A DNA stretch of 64,000 nt from a virus: positions 1 to 64,000 of IMG/VR virus record IMGVR_UViG_3300049432_000151. One strand, 5' to 3'. Shown in pieces: positions 34,246-43,949 of the stretch. Numbering within the stretch: the stretch's first letter is position 1; every line of letters starts with the position of its first letter. Under the pieces are notes generated by a model. The model was not told the origin of the DNA. It was given only the letters and a program-made list of their open reading frames with translations, and ran no database searches. The position numbers and the translations under genes are program-made.

Positions 34246-36684
34246 ATGAGGAACTTTCTTTCACTCCGCGGAGCCGGCGTTCTGCCTGGTATTCCGCGCA
34301 GTGACTCGTCTCCTCTCGCCGGCTTGCCCGTCCTGTTTCCGAACGGCACTCAGTCGCGTGACGGTGCTGTGTTCACTCGCGACCAGCCACCCGGAACGCA
34401 GCGACGCACGCACGACGAGATCGCATGGGAGGCGGTCAACCGTCTCTTCAGCTCGTCGCAGATGACGGGAACGTACGCGCCGAAGGAGGCATACGCGCTG
34501 TCGCCATGGATGGCGCCGGCGATCAACGCATTCGCAGGGACCGTGGCAGCTCGGACCTTCCGCGTCATGGAGCGGAAGAAGGTGCTCGACGAGCACTGGC
34601 TCCTCGACCTGATCGCACGCCCCAACAGGATGCTCCGCACGAGCGAATACGCGCTGCTGTACTACACCGCCGCGCTGTGGCGCTACGACGGCGAAGTGTT
34701 CTGGGAGCTTGAGTACGGCAGTGACCCAAAGAAGAAGCCGGGTGACCGCCGAAGCGTCAAGGCGCAACCCACAGCGATCTGGCTCTGGCACCGCGGCTGC
34801 GTGACGCCGGCGCTCGACTCGCGGACCCGCGAGTTCCTCGGATGGGAGATCAATTTCGAAGGCGCTCGGAAGTTCGTTGATCGCCTCGACATGCTGCACC
34901 TCCCGCAGTTCGACCCAACGAAATTCAATCCGCTCGGCCCATCGCGCGGCACGTCGATCTGGCAGGCGAAGCGTCTCGCGATGACAAACGAGATCCGCGC
35001 GCAGCGTTGGAATACCGAATGGTGGAGTCGCGGTATCGCGCCGTCAGTCGCGTTCGTGAACAAAGATGGCAACGCCGTCGGCGACTCGCCGGAAGCGGAA
35101 GAGCAGTTCTTGGCCAAAGTGAAAGCGAAGGTCGCCGGAAAGAACGGCGAGCCGATGCTATTCCTCGGTGACTGGGTCATCCAGCAGCTCGAGGCCTCGC
35201 AGCGCGACGCTCAGTTCATCGAGGGCATGGACCAGAACCGTAAGGCGATCCTAGCCGGCAACACGCCGCCGATTGCGATGGGTGACAACGAAGCAAACTA
35301 CGCGAACGCCAATGCGCAGATCAAGGCGTGGCTGTCGTTCGACGTCATTCCTGCTCTTTCGTTCTTCGCATCGTGCATCGACGTCACGTTCATTTACGAC
35401 GAGCCGCGGATCTGGACGGACTTCTCGACCGACGACATCGATGAGCTGCAGGAGGGCAAGGCAGCCCGTGTCGAACGGTATGTGAGCCTCATCCAGGCGC
35501 GTCACTCGCCGAAAGTCGCGGCACAGATCGCCGGCATCGACGTTGACCCGAGCATGCCCGGCTACGACCAGGTGTTCCTCTCGTTCTCGCAAATCCCGTA
35601 CGAGTACGCCGTCGAAGGCCAGAGCGTCAGCGTGTCAAAGGATGACGACCCAATGGGCGCCGACGCCGTACCAGCACAACAGGCCGCGGCTCGACCGAAA
35701 CCCGTCGGGCAGGCAGCCGCAGACGAACCGACACCGCCAGCGGCCGCCGCCAAGAACGTCGAGCCAGCGCAGCGGACCCTCCGCATCGCGGTGCCGACCG
35801 ATCCAACTCCGACACGAATTGTGAAGCCTATGTCATCCCGAGCCGCAGACAGGGCTGACGACAAGATTCTCCGCGTCATTCTCGAGATCGTCGGCAAGGA
35901 CACGAAGAAGCTCCGAGACAAGTCGCGTACATACCAGCTCCGCGCGTTCCAGGTCGGAACGGAGCAGGTCGGGAACGCTCTCGGTTTGGAGAAGTTCCTG
36001 CCGATCGACAACCCGCGTGTGATCGCGTTCCTTGAGGAGCGCGGCAACCTCATAACGTCGGTCCCGGAAGGCGTGGCGAACCGCATCTTCGCGAAGACGA
36101 CAGGCCTGATTGAGAAGGGCACTACGCCGGAAGACATCGGGACCATCATCCGCAAAGACTTCAACGTCCTCTCCGACTTCAAGGCGAGGCAGATCGGCCG
36201 GCAGGAAGTCGGCTCAGCGCTCAACGGCGGCCGTCACCTGCAGATGGTCGAAGAGGGCGTCGACGGTCGCGAGTGGCTATCGTCGAAAGACGCGCGCGTC
36301 CGGGACTCTCATGTCAGCGTCGACGGTGAAGTTGTCGAGGGCGTCGACGCGAAGTACTCGAACGGATTGCGCTACCCGCAGGATCCGGAAGGCGACGCAT
36401 CAGAGACGATCAACTGCCGATGCATTGAACTGCCTGCTGTCGGCGGCGGGCAGCGCGCAGCTCGTTGCGCCGCACACCTGCGCGCGATCGGCGCGCTGGC
36501 CATTCGTGAGGCTGCAGCACAGAACGAAACGATCGACGAGCGCGCCGGGTACTGGCGTGCAGTCGTGCTGGCGAAGGATGTTCGGGCGATCGAGCGGCAG
36601 ATGGCCAGTGCCATCAGCTCGGTCATCAACGGCTGGCGCGCGCCGATTCTGAAGGCGCTCGCTGAACTCGGCGTCGCGAAGTAG
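34246..36684 (+). CDS. Portal protein fused to MuF (SPP1 gp7-like) head morphogenesis domain
   Basis: HK97-type portal motifs (LIARPN, DGEVFW, RDAQFIEG, NYANA) followed by EWLSSKDARVRDSH...YPQDP...INCRC. Confidence 0.88.
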   Translation: MRNFLSLRGAGVLPGIPRSDSSPLAGLPVLFPNGTQSRDGAVFTRDQPPGTQRRTHDEIAWEAVNRLFSSSQMTGTYAPKEAYALSPWMAPAINAFAGTVAARTFRVMERKKVLDEHWLLDLIARPNRMLRTSEYALLYYTAALWRYDGEVFWELEYGSDPKKKPGDRRSVKAQPTAIWLWHRGCVTPALDSRTREFLGWEINFEGARKFVDRLDMLHLPQFDPTKFNPLGPSRGTSIWQAKRLAMTNEIRAQRWNTEWWSRGIAPSVAFVNKDGNAVGDSPEAEEQFLAKVKAKVAGKNGEPMLFLGDWVIQQLEASQRDAQFIEGMDQNRKAILAGNTPPIAMGDNEANYANANAQIKAWLSFDVIPALSFFASCIDVTFIYDEPRIWTDFSTDDIDELQEGKAARVERYVSLIQARHSPKVAAQIAGIDVDPSMPGYDQVFLSFSQIPYEYAVEGQSVSVSKDDDPMGADAVPAQQAAARPKPVGQAAADEPTPPAAAAKNVEPAQRTLRIAVPTDPTPTRIVKPMSSRAADRADDKILRVILEIVGKDTKKLRDKSRTYQLRAFQVGTEQVGNALGLEKFLPIDNPRVIAFLEERGNLITSVPEGVANRIFAKTTGLIEKGTTPEDIGTIIRKDFNVLSDFKARQIGRQEVGSALNGGRHLQMVEEGVDGREWLSSKDARVRDSHVSVDGEVVEGVDAKYSNGLRYPQDPEGDASETINCRCIELPAVGGGQRAARCAAHLRAIGALAIREAAAQNETIDERAGYWRAVVLAKDVRAIERQMASAISSVINGWRAPILKALAELGVAK

Positions 36685-36712
36685 CGCGCTTCCACGACGA
36701 AGGAGAACGAAC

Positions 36713-39073
36713 ATGCCGGACATCATCACGCCGTTCGAGATCGCGCGGCACCCACTCCGCGGCACGAAAGAGATCAGCTCTGAACGGATCGTGCTCGTCG
36801 CCGCCGAGATGCGCGCGGCCGATGGCGCGAGCGACGAGCGGCCGATCGTCGAGATCACTTCGACGTCGACCGGTGAGGATCGCCACGGCTCGACGATCAT
36901 CGAGTGGGACGACGCCACGTTCATGCGCACCGGTCACGTGTTGTGGGCGCACGACATCGTTCCGGCATACCCGTTCGTGGGCAAGAAGCTGTCGTCTCGG
37001 AAGGTGGGAAACAAGTCGGTCTCCGAGGTCGAGCTGCTCGTCAACCTGTGGCGCCACATGAACTGCAATCTCGCCGCGTTCCTCTGGGAGGCGTACCGCG
37101 ATCACGGGATGGGCGCCATGTCCCGGGCGTTCATTCCTAAGGTGTGGAAGAACCGGACAGCGACCACGATCCCGACCGAGCTCGCGGAGAACATCGAGTA
37201 CCTGAAGGTCGAGCAGACCGAAGAGAGCTTCGTCAACGTGCCTTCGAACCGCGACTCTTTGGCACGCGCCATCGAACGTAAGCGCACTGCCGGCACATTC
37301 AACGACCAGCTCGCCCGGATGCTCGGATACGAGTTCACGCCGATCATCCTCCGAACTGAAAAGGAACCGTCAATGCCGACACGTACCCTCGAGTCTTTCC
37401 GATCCGATCTCGCGGGAGTTCTCACCCGCTGTGGATGTGAGCCGTACCGCGAGCCGAAACCCGAATCGCTGACGGACGAAGAGAAGACCACAGAGCTCGC
37501 GCTAATGACGGAGATGGCGGTCGCGATCCTCGCCACCATGGATGTCGCGCTGCGCGGCTGGAAGGCGACCCTCGAGAACTTTCAAAGGAACATCTACACG
37601 AACGTGGTCGTCGACGCGATGTATCGCATCGAGGGCCTGATCTGGCGCGCGAAGGAATGGTACGGGGCAGACCTCGTTCTCGCGATTCCGGAGCTCAGTG
37701 CCGACGATATGGAGAGGATTGCTTCCGCGGCGCCTGGCGCTGCAACTCGAGGTATCCGCTACGTCCAGCGCACGGTTCTGCCGACGACCGAGCGAGCTGC
37801 AACGCGCGCGAAGGTGACGGAACTCCTCCGCTGCTGCGGCTGCGGTCCTTACGAGGAACCGAAGCCCACGCTTCCGTCAGACGACGCGACGCGCGCTGCC
37901 GAAGTGACGATCCTCCGTGAACTCGCAGATCTCGCGATGCAATTGGCGGAAGCAGGCATGAGAGGCTGGAAGGGCGCCGAGACGGAGCAGTTGCGCGGCA
38001 TGTCGTCGAGCCGCGTTTACGACGGCATGTGGCTCTTCGACTGGTGCGCCCGCTCACTGAGTGAGTGGTACGGCGAAGAGATTGACGCGATGCCTACCGT
38101 CGATCTCGTCGAGGTGGAGCGCGCATTGAAGGGCAGCGTGGCTGGGATCCGCGCCGGCGCCGTATTCGCGAAGAAGAACCTCGAGAAGATCGACCAGGTC
38201 ATCGAGATCATGACCGAGCTCCGTGCGGCCGCGAACAAGCCGACCGCGGACGACATCCCGGCGGAGGAGCGCAAGCGTCAGGCTCGAGCTGTTCAGTTCA
38301 TCCGAATGGCCGGGCCGTTTGAGTTCGCGTCAACGCAGGTGAATCTTGAAGGCGAGGCGGCCGAGAAGATCCTCGCCCTGGCCGCGACGATTCCTGATGA
38401 CGCGCTTGCAGAGAAGGGTCGCGAGACCGAACCGCACGTGACGGTGAAGTTCGGGATAGATCCAGAAGTCGGCGCGGTGTCGCTCGCCGAGACAATCGAA
38501 AACTCCGACTCCGCGAAGGAGATGGCAGAGCGCGGCGCAACGATGACACTCGGTGCGACCGCAATCTTCGAAGCTGACGAATATGACGTCGTCTTTGTCA
38601 CGGTCGACTCCCCCGACCTCCTCCTGCTGAACAAGATCATCTCCGAAGACGTGCCGGTCACGGACACGCATCCTGAGTACATCCCGCACGTGACGCTCGC
38701 CTATGTGAAGAAGGGCGAGGGTCAGAAGTTCGCCGGCGACGAGACTCTCGCCGGCACGATCGTCACGTTCGACGCGATCACCTACTCCGACGTCGACGGG
38801 AACACTACGGACATTCAGTTCGCCGCCGAAGCTGCCCGAGCCGAAACGGAGACCGGTGAACGCAGCGGCATCCGGATCAACGGCGTGCCGATCGAACAGA
38901 TCGCCGGCGTGACCTCATTCATCAGAATCAAAGACACCGGCAGCGTGGCGCGCGAGCACGTCACGACCAGCCAACCCATTCGTGTGCTCGCACCGGACGC
39001 TTCGCGAGATCGCCGCGAGGAGAGTCCCGCCACCGGGCGATCAGGTCTTTACGTGAAGCTGCTCAGCGACTGA
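36713..39073 (+). CDS. HK97-type prohead protease plus duplicated helical domain plus 2H phosphoesterase (Acb1-like)
   Basis: DRHG, LWAHD, MSRAF, EESFVNVPSN; two CGCxPYxEPKP...GWK...EWYG repeats; PHVTV and PHVTLAY motifs. Confidence 0.85.
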   Translation: MPDIITPFEIARHPLRGTKEISSERIVLVAAEMRAADGASDERPIVEITSTSTGEDRHGSTIIEWDDATFMRTGHVLWAHDIVPAYPFVGKKLSSRKVGNKSVSEVELLVNLWRHMNCNLAAFLWEAYRDHGMGAMSRAFIPKVWKNRTATTIPTELAENIEYLKVEQTEESFVNVPSNRDSLARAIERKRTAGTFNDQLARMLGYEFTPIILRTEKEPSMPTRTLESFRSDLAGVLTRCGCEPYREPKPESLTDEEKTTELALMTEMAVAILATMDVALRGWKATLENFQRNIYTNVVVDAMYRIEGLIWRAKEWYGADLVLAIPELSADDMERIASAAPGAATRGIRYVQRTVLPTTERAATRAKVTELLRCCGCGPYEEPKPTLPSDDATRAAEVTILRELADLAMQLAEAGMRGWKGAETEQLRGMSSSRVYDGMWLFDWCARSLSEWYGEEIDAMPTVDLVEVERALKGSVAGIRAGAVFAKKNLEKIDQVIEIMTELRAAANKPTADDIPAEERKRQARAVQFIRMAGPFEFASTQVNLEGEAAEKILALAATIPDDALAEKGRETEPHVTVKFGIDPEVGAVSLAETIENSDSAKEMAERGATMTLGATAIFEADEYDVVFVTVDSPDLLLLNKIISEDVPVTDTHPEYIPHVTLAYVKKGEGQKFAGDETLAGTIVTFDAITYSDVDGNTTDIQFAAEAARAETETGERSGIRINGVPIEQIAGVTSFIRIKDTGSVAREHVTTSQPIRVLAPDASRDRREESPATGRSGLYVKLLSD

Positions 39074-39130
39074 GACGTCGGGAGCTAACGCAGCCGCAAC
39101 CGTTCCACTCATTCACCCTTCAACCGCACG

Positions 39131-39160
39131 AGGCCGCCGCGAGGCGGTCTTTGTCTTTTC
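39131..39160 (+). terminator. Hairpin with U-rich tail before the capsid gene
   Basis: AGGCCGCC-GCGA-GGCGGTCT followed by TTGTCTTTT. Confidence 0.5.
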
Positions 39161-39170
39161 AGGAGAAAAG

Positions 39171-40448
39171 ATGGCTACCAAAGATGTGACGCTCAATGAC
39201 GTTGCCAATTTCGTCTTCGAGCAGATGTTCAACGACCCGAAGCTCCGTGAGGTTCCGGAGAACGAGCGCGCGGCATACGTCGCCAAGCGCTTCAATGCTC
39301 TCGCCGAGGAAGTCGCTGAGGCTCGCGCCGAGGCGAAGGTCACCGGCATCCGCACGCAGATGACCGAGCTGCAGTCGGCGATGACCGAGATGCAGGAGCG
39401 CGCGACGCGCGCCGAGAAGTTCCGCGCCAACGACCACGGCTTCCACCGCGGCATCGATGGCAAGCTCCAGCCGAACGTCTCCCGCGAGACGGCGGAGACG
39501 CTCGTCACGATGATCCGCGCCATGAAGGACAAGGAGTTCGAAAAAGCACGCGCCGTTTCGAGCGGCGTGGGCGCTGAAGGCGGATTCCTCCTCCAGACCG
39601 ATGTCGCTGCCGACATCCTTCGCCTCGTCCCTGACACCGGTCTGTATCCGCAGATTGCGCGTCCGTGGCCGATGGGAACGAAGAAGGTCGACATCGGCAG
39701 CGTGCTCTCTCAGATGGGTGCGTACTGGCCCGAAGAGAACAACGCGATCACGCCGAGCTTCCCTGGCTTCGGAAAGGTCTCGCTCGAGGCGAAGTTGCTC
39801 GGCGCGCTGATCCCAGTTCCTCTGACACTCATCGAGGATTCCACCCCCGAGCTCGGCCAGCTCTTCGCTGATCTGATCCGGGAGTGCATCGCACTCGAGA
39901 TTGACCGCGTCGCCATCGTAGGCAAGTCGGCCGCGAACGGCGGAACGGATCCGTTTGACGGTCTGCTCAACTCCACGGGCATCAAGGTGAAGGTCATGGA
40001 CAATGGCCACACCTCGTTCAAGAACATCGGCTGGGAGTATCTGCAGGACCTGCAGGACACCGTGCCGGAAGGTGCTCGCGACGACAACTCGTACCTCATC
40101 AACCAGTCGGTGTTCAACTTCCTGCGCAAGCAGAAGGACGCCGACGGTCAGCCGATCTGGCAGCGTCCTGCTGACGGTGAGCCGGGCACGTTGTGCGGTA
40201 AGCCGTACTTCAAGACCGAGCGGATGCCGGCGTACAGCGCGGCCGCTCAGCCTTCCAAGCGCAGCGCGCTGTACGGCAACTGGAAGAAGTGGGCAATCTT
40301 CGGCAACCGCAAGGAGCTGACGATCGCCACCTCTGACGTTGCGGGTGACGCATTCAAGAACGTGCAGCTGATCCTGCGCGGAATCACGCGGGTCGGCTTT
40401 GCTTCGTTCGGGCCAGCGATCTCCACGCTCGAGACTGCGGCGAACTAG
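39171..40448 (+). CDS. Major capsid protein (HK97 fold, with N-terminal coiled-coil delta-like domain)
   Basis: EGGFLL, AYWPEE, KLLGALIPV..TLIEDS, LRKQKDADGQPIW, LYGNW. Confidence 0.93.
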   Translation: MATKDVTLNDVANFVFEQMFNDPKLREVPENERAAYVAKRFNALAEEVAEARAEAKVTGIRTQMTELQSAMTEMQERATRAEKFRANDHGFHRGIDGKLQPNVSRETAETLVTMIRAMKDKEFEKARAVSSGVGAEGGFLLQTDVAADILRLVPDTGLYPQIARPWPMGTKKVDIGSVLSQMGAYWPEENNAITPSFPGFGKVSLEAKLLGALIPVPLTLIEDSTPELGQLFADLIRECIALEIDRVAIVGKSAANGGTDPFDGLLNSTGIKVKVMDNGHTSFKNIGWEYLQDLQDTVPEGARDDNSYLINQSVFNFLRKQKDADGQPIWQRPADGEPGTLCGKPYFKTERMPAYSAAAQPSKRSALYGNWKKWAIFGNRKELTIATSDVAGDAFKNVQLILRGITRVGFASFGPAISTLETAAN

Positions 40449-40546
40449 TTCGCGTCAGCCTCCCCTCGTCTCTTCTCCCATCATCAACCATCTGATCGGT
40501 GCGGCGCGCTCCAGCCTGGGGCGCGTCGCACTCAGGAGACACGGCT

Positions 40547-41242
40547 ATGCCGTTCAACGAAAACAACGTGTTCTACCAGGACCCAGTCCTGCTGCCGGGC
40601 GCGCAGGTCACGCCTCGCATCGTCAACGCGGACGTCAGCCTTCCGGCGACACCGTTCGACTTTGCGGATGCTCAGACGCTCTTCGCGAATCTGAACATTC
40701 ACGAGTTCCTCGTCACCGCCCTCGCTGGCGCGAACAACGACCTCGCGTTCATCGCGCGGACGCCGGGCACCACGCCGACGGTTCGCGTAACGTTCACCGT
40801 CGCTGGCAACAACACCCCCCTCTCGATCGCAGTGGTCGGTGAGGACATCACCGTCAACGTCGCAACCGGCGCCGGTGGTGCTGCTACGTCGACGGCTGCG
40901 CAGGTGAAGGCGGCGATCGAAGCGCACGCTGCGGCGAGCGCTCTGGTCGTCGTCGAGCTCGCGCCGGCCAATGATGGCACCGGTGTCGTCACTGCCCTGG
41001 CTCAGACCCCGCTCGCTGGGCCCACGGGCACCACGCCGACGATGGACGTCAAACTCCAGCACGGCATCACCGCGACCACTCTCGCGGACCATTCCGCCTT
41101 CGCACAGAAGACCGCCGCGTCCGTCGAGTTCAAGACGTTCGCGAACGTCGCGTCGAAGGGTCAGTGGGTCCTCGACCGCGGCGCCGACGCTGACGAAGTG
41201 TTCGCCGTCAGCATCGTCGCGCAGTACCGCCCGAAAGCGTAA
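40547..41242 (+). CDS. Probable capsid decoration protein with an inserted beta domain
   Basis: Follows the capsid gene; insert NNDLAFIAR...ITVNVAT...TSTAAQVKAAI. Confidence 0.55.
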   Translation: MPFNENNVFYQDPVLLPGAQVTPRIVNADVSLPATPFDFADAQTLFANLNIHEFLVTALAGANNDLAFIARTPGTTPTVRVTFTVAGNNTPLSIAVVGEDITVNVATGAGGAATSTAAQVKAAIEAHAAASALVVVELAPANDGTGVVTALAQTPLAGPTGTTPTMDVKLQHGITATTLADHSAFAQKTAASVEFKTFANVASKGQWVLDRGADADEVFAVSIVAQYRPKA

Positions 41243-41275
41243 CCGCGCAACCCAACCATCATCAACGCATTCCGA

Positions 41276-41303
41276 GTGAGGGGCGGCTTCCGCCGCCTCT
41301 CAC
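41276..41303 (+). terminator. Strong hairpin after the decoration gene
   Basis: GTGAGGGGCGGC-TTCC-GCCGCCTCTCAC; no U tract. Confidence 0.4.
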
Positions 41304-41315
41304 GCTGGAGAATCG

Positions 41316-41714
41316 ATGCGATTCGAGATCACAACCGCGGTCCACTTCGGCTACATGCGGACGCCGGGTGTCTATGACGACATGACCGAAGCTGATGCGG
41401 CGAACCTGTCGGCACCGCGGGCAGGGCTGCCACACGGGTACGGGCGTGCCGTTGCTGAAGAGAACTCGCCAGTGGTGGCGCCCGTTGTCGCACCGCTTCA
41501 GCCGGCAGTCGAGGACACAAATGATGAAACCACCGCAGAGAAATCCGAGCCGCCCTCCAGCGGAACGGGATCGAATGATCCGGCAACAGGATCATCGAAC
41601 ACGGATCCGAAACAACCTGCCGAGTTCACCTGCCCCACCTGCAGCAAGTCCTTCACCGAGTCCGCAGACCCGGCAGTCTCCCTCTCCGGACACAGACGTT
41701 CGAAGAAACACTGA
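41316..41714 (+). CDS. Hypothetical protein with C-terminal C2H2-like finger
   Basis: FTCPTCSKSF...LSGHRRSKKH. Confidence 0.6.
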   Translation: MRFEITTAVHFGYMRTPGVYDDMTEADAANLSAPRAGLPHGYGRAVAEENSPVVAPVVAPLQPAVEDTNDETTAEKSEPPSSGTGSNDPATGSSNTDPKQPAEFTCPTCSKSFTESADPAVSLSGHRRSKKH

Positions 41715-41724
41715 GGAGTGACGC

Positions 41725-41898
41725 GTGCCAGGCGGCTACTCACACAGCAACGTCGAGGACTTCGAGCGGAACGAGGGTGATCGCAAGGCTTCGAACCTGC
41801 GGATCGCGTTGCTCGTGATGCTCTGGGACCTGCTGCTTCACCTCATCGACGTTCGATACGGGTCACTTTTCCGCGCGTTGTTTGAGTACAGGTTCTAA
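41725..41898 (+). CDS. 57-aa hydrophobic hypothetical protein
   Basis: GAGGAG SD, GTG start; manual translation. Confidence 0.45.
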   Translation: MPGGYSHSNVEDFERNEGDRKASNLRIALLVMLWDLLLHLIDVRYGSLFRALFEYRF

Positions 41899-41901
41899 CC
41901 G

Positions 41902-42204
41902 ATGGCGAAGAACGGGCCCGACCAGTACGACGTGATCATCACTAATCCGAGCGAGGTCATACCTCTCGGCGATGAATTGCCGATCAGGGGAACAGTTCTG
42001 ATCGTGGCTCGAGAGGAGAACGTCGGGCGGCCAAAGTTCGGCGTTGTCGGCGTGCTCTCTCCCGTGAGCTCCGGTAAGCGGCTGCGTCGAGAAGACGTCG
42101 TAACGCTTGACCATCCTGGCGGCATACGCCTCAGCCAGTACGGCATAACCGGTGGCAACGTCGGCGACGGTGTGACGATCATCCATGGAGGCTGGTCACT
42201 GTGA
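41902..42204 (+). CDS. Hypothetical protein
   Basis: In the operon; GTGA overlap with the next gene. Confidence 0.6.
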   Translation: MAKNGPDQYDVIITNPSEVIPLGDELPIRGTVLIVAREENVGRPKFGVVGVLSPVSSGKRLRREDVVTLDHPGGIRLSQYGITGGNVGDGVTIIHGGWSL

Positions 42205-43925
42205 AGTTACTTGCCTCACTGGTTGCCGTGTCGCTCCTTGCGGGACCGGTATTCGCGCAGAACCGCGAGGTCGACGCGAACATCTACGTCAACGGCCAGC
42301 CGGTGACCGCGCTGAACCCGTTGCCGATTACGGGCCTCGCCGGCGGTGGCGGCGGCGGTTCGGTGCAGCTGCAATTGAGGAGCGCGCTGAGCGTCTGGAC
42401 GGATCTCGGCTACTGCGCCGGCTGTCTCAACATGCCGATCCAAGGCACAGTTTCAATCACCGGATCCGTAGCGGTTACAGGAGGCCTCACCGACGCTCAG
42501 CTTCGGGCGAGCGGTGTAGCCGTGACCGGCACTTTCTGGCAGGCGACACAACCGGTGAGCGGCACGCTCGGCCGGTCGTGGACTCTTGCCAGCGGCACAG
42601 ACAGCGTCGCTATCTCAGGTTCGATCTCGAACACGTCGTTCAACGTCGGCAACTTCCCGTCCACATACGACACCAGCGATCGCGCCGCGCGTCTGCTGGG
42701 CATCGTGTACGGCGAACAGGGCCAGCTCGCGCAGCGCACGACGACGCGCGACCTGTTCATGCAACTGCGGACCGGAGGCGCTGAGTACGACGCACGGCAG
42801 ATCCGGACCATTACCGAAACTCTCGTCACCAAGGGCGCCGGAGCCGTCGTCGCCGAATCGTTGGCCGTCCGTTGCGTCAACGCTGCCGGCAACGCCTTTG
42901 AGTCGTGCGCAGGCGCAGGCGGTCCGGGCGGTGGAACCGTGGCGATCGACCAGACCGGAACAGCAAACGACGTCGAAGTCACGAACTCCTCGATCGCCGT
43001 CACGGGAACATTCTGGCAGGCTACCCAACCCGTGAGCGGCACCTTCTGGCAGGCGACGCAGCCTGTCAGCGGTCCTGTGACAGACGCGCAGCTCCGCGCG
43101 ACCGCGGTTCCGGTCTCCGGTACGTTCTGGCAAGCAACGCAACCAGTCAGCGGGCCGCTCACGGACGCGCAGTTGCGCGCGACGGCGGTGCCGGTCAGCG
43201 GCTTCCCGACGACCGCGGCGTCCACCGCTGTGGCGGTCCGGTGCGTGAACACAGCCGGCAACGCGTTCGAAGCGTGCGGCGGCTCGAGCTCGGGCGGAGG
43301 TGCGACGGCAACAGCAGCCGCGCCGACGTATCTGGAAGGTGCAGCCGCAGCTCTTTCGGTTGACCTCAGTGGGGGCTTGCGCGTCGAGACGAAGTACGGT
43401 GGCGCTCACAGTTCAGTGACGCCAGCCGACGCAGCGATGACGGGCGGCTACGCCGAGGCAGAGGCAGCAGCGCTAGACTCGAGCGGCGTGGTCGAAGGCG
43501 ACATCACGCGCAACAAATCGGACATTGAAGGCCGGCAGTTCATGCGGACCGATCATCCGAACAGCTTCTTCTGTGCGATGACGTCGACGGCTGTCGCGGC
43601 CACGGTCATCACCGGGTGCGTCGGTGCCGGCGGCGCAACGATGGCGTCACCTGGAGCTGGGCTGCGGCGCTACATCACGGACATTTCATACAACTCCTCG
43701 ATCATCTCCACGACGGCGAACTTTATGCAGCTCAGCTACGGCACCGGCGCTACCTGCGCGACCGGCAACGTGCCGTTCTATCGTGGCAGCAACTCGGTGG
43801 CGTTTCTCACTGTCACAGAGCCGATCGTCACTCCGATCCGCACCGGCGTGGCCACAGACGTTTGCTTCATTCACCCTGGCGCCGGCACGAGGCAGATCAA
43901 CATCCGCGGCTACGTCGCGCCGTAA
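42201..43925 (+). CDS. Signal-peptide fibre/decoration-like protein with GTFWQATQPVSG repeats
   Basis: MKLLASLVAVSLLAGPVFA-Q; 4x GTFWQATQPVSG, 3x TDAQLRA, 2x VRCVN.AGNAFE.C. Confidence 0.75.
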   Translation: MKLLASLVAVSLLAGPVFAQNREVDANIYVNGQPVTALNPLPITGLAGGGGGGSVQLQLRSALSVWTDLGYCAGCLNMPIQGTVSITGSVAVTGGLTDAQLRASGVAVTGTFWQATQPVSGTLGRSWTLASGTDSVAISGSISNTSFNVGNFPSTYDTSDRAARLLGIVYGEQGQLAQRTTTRDLFMQLRTGGAEYDARQIRTITETLVTKGAGAVVAESLAVRCVNAAGNAFESCAGAGGPGGGTVAIDQTGTANDVEVTNSSIAVTGTFWQATQPVSGTFWQATQPVSGPVTDAQLRATAVPVSGTFWQATQPVSGPLTDAQLRATAVPVSGFPTTAASTAVAVRCVNTAGNAFEACGGSSSGGGATATAAAPTYLEGAAAALSVDLSGGLRVETKYGGAHSSVTPADAAMTGGYAEAEAAALDSSGVVEGDITRNKSDIEGRQFMRTDHPNSFFCAMTSTAVAATVITGCVGAGGATMASPGAGLRRYITDISYNSSIISTTANFMQLSYGTGATCATGNVPFYRGSNSVAFLTVTEPIVTPIRTGVATDVCFIHPGAGTRQINIRGYVAP

Positions 43926-43949
43926 TCCACCAACCAACAAAGGAGCAAC

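Noticed and set aside
43000-43200. Nucleotide tandem repeats resembling a CRISPR array
   Set aside because: In-frame coding repeats with third-position variation and no unique spacers.
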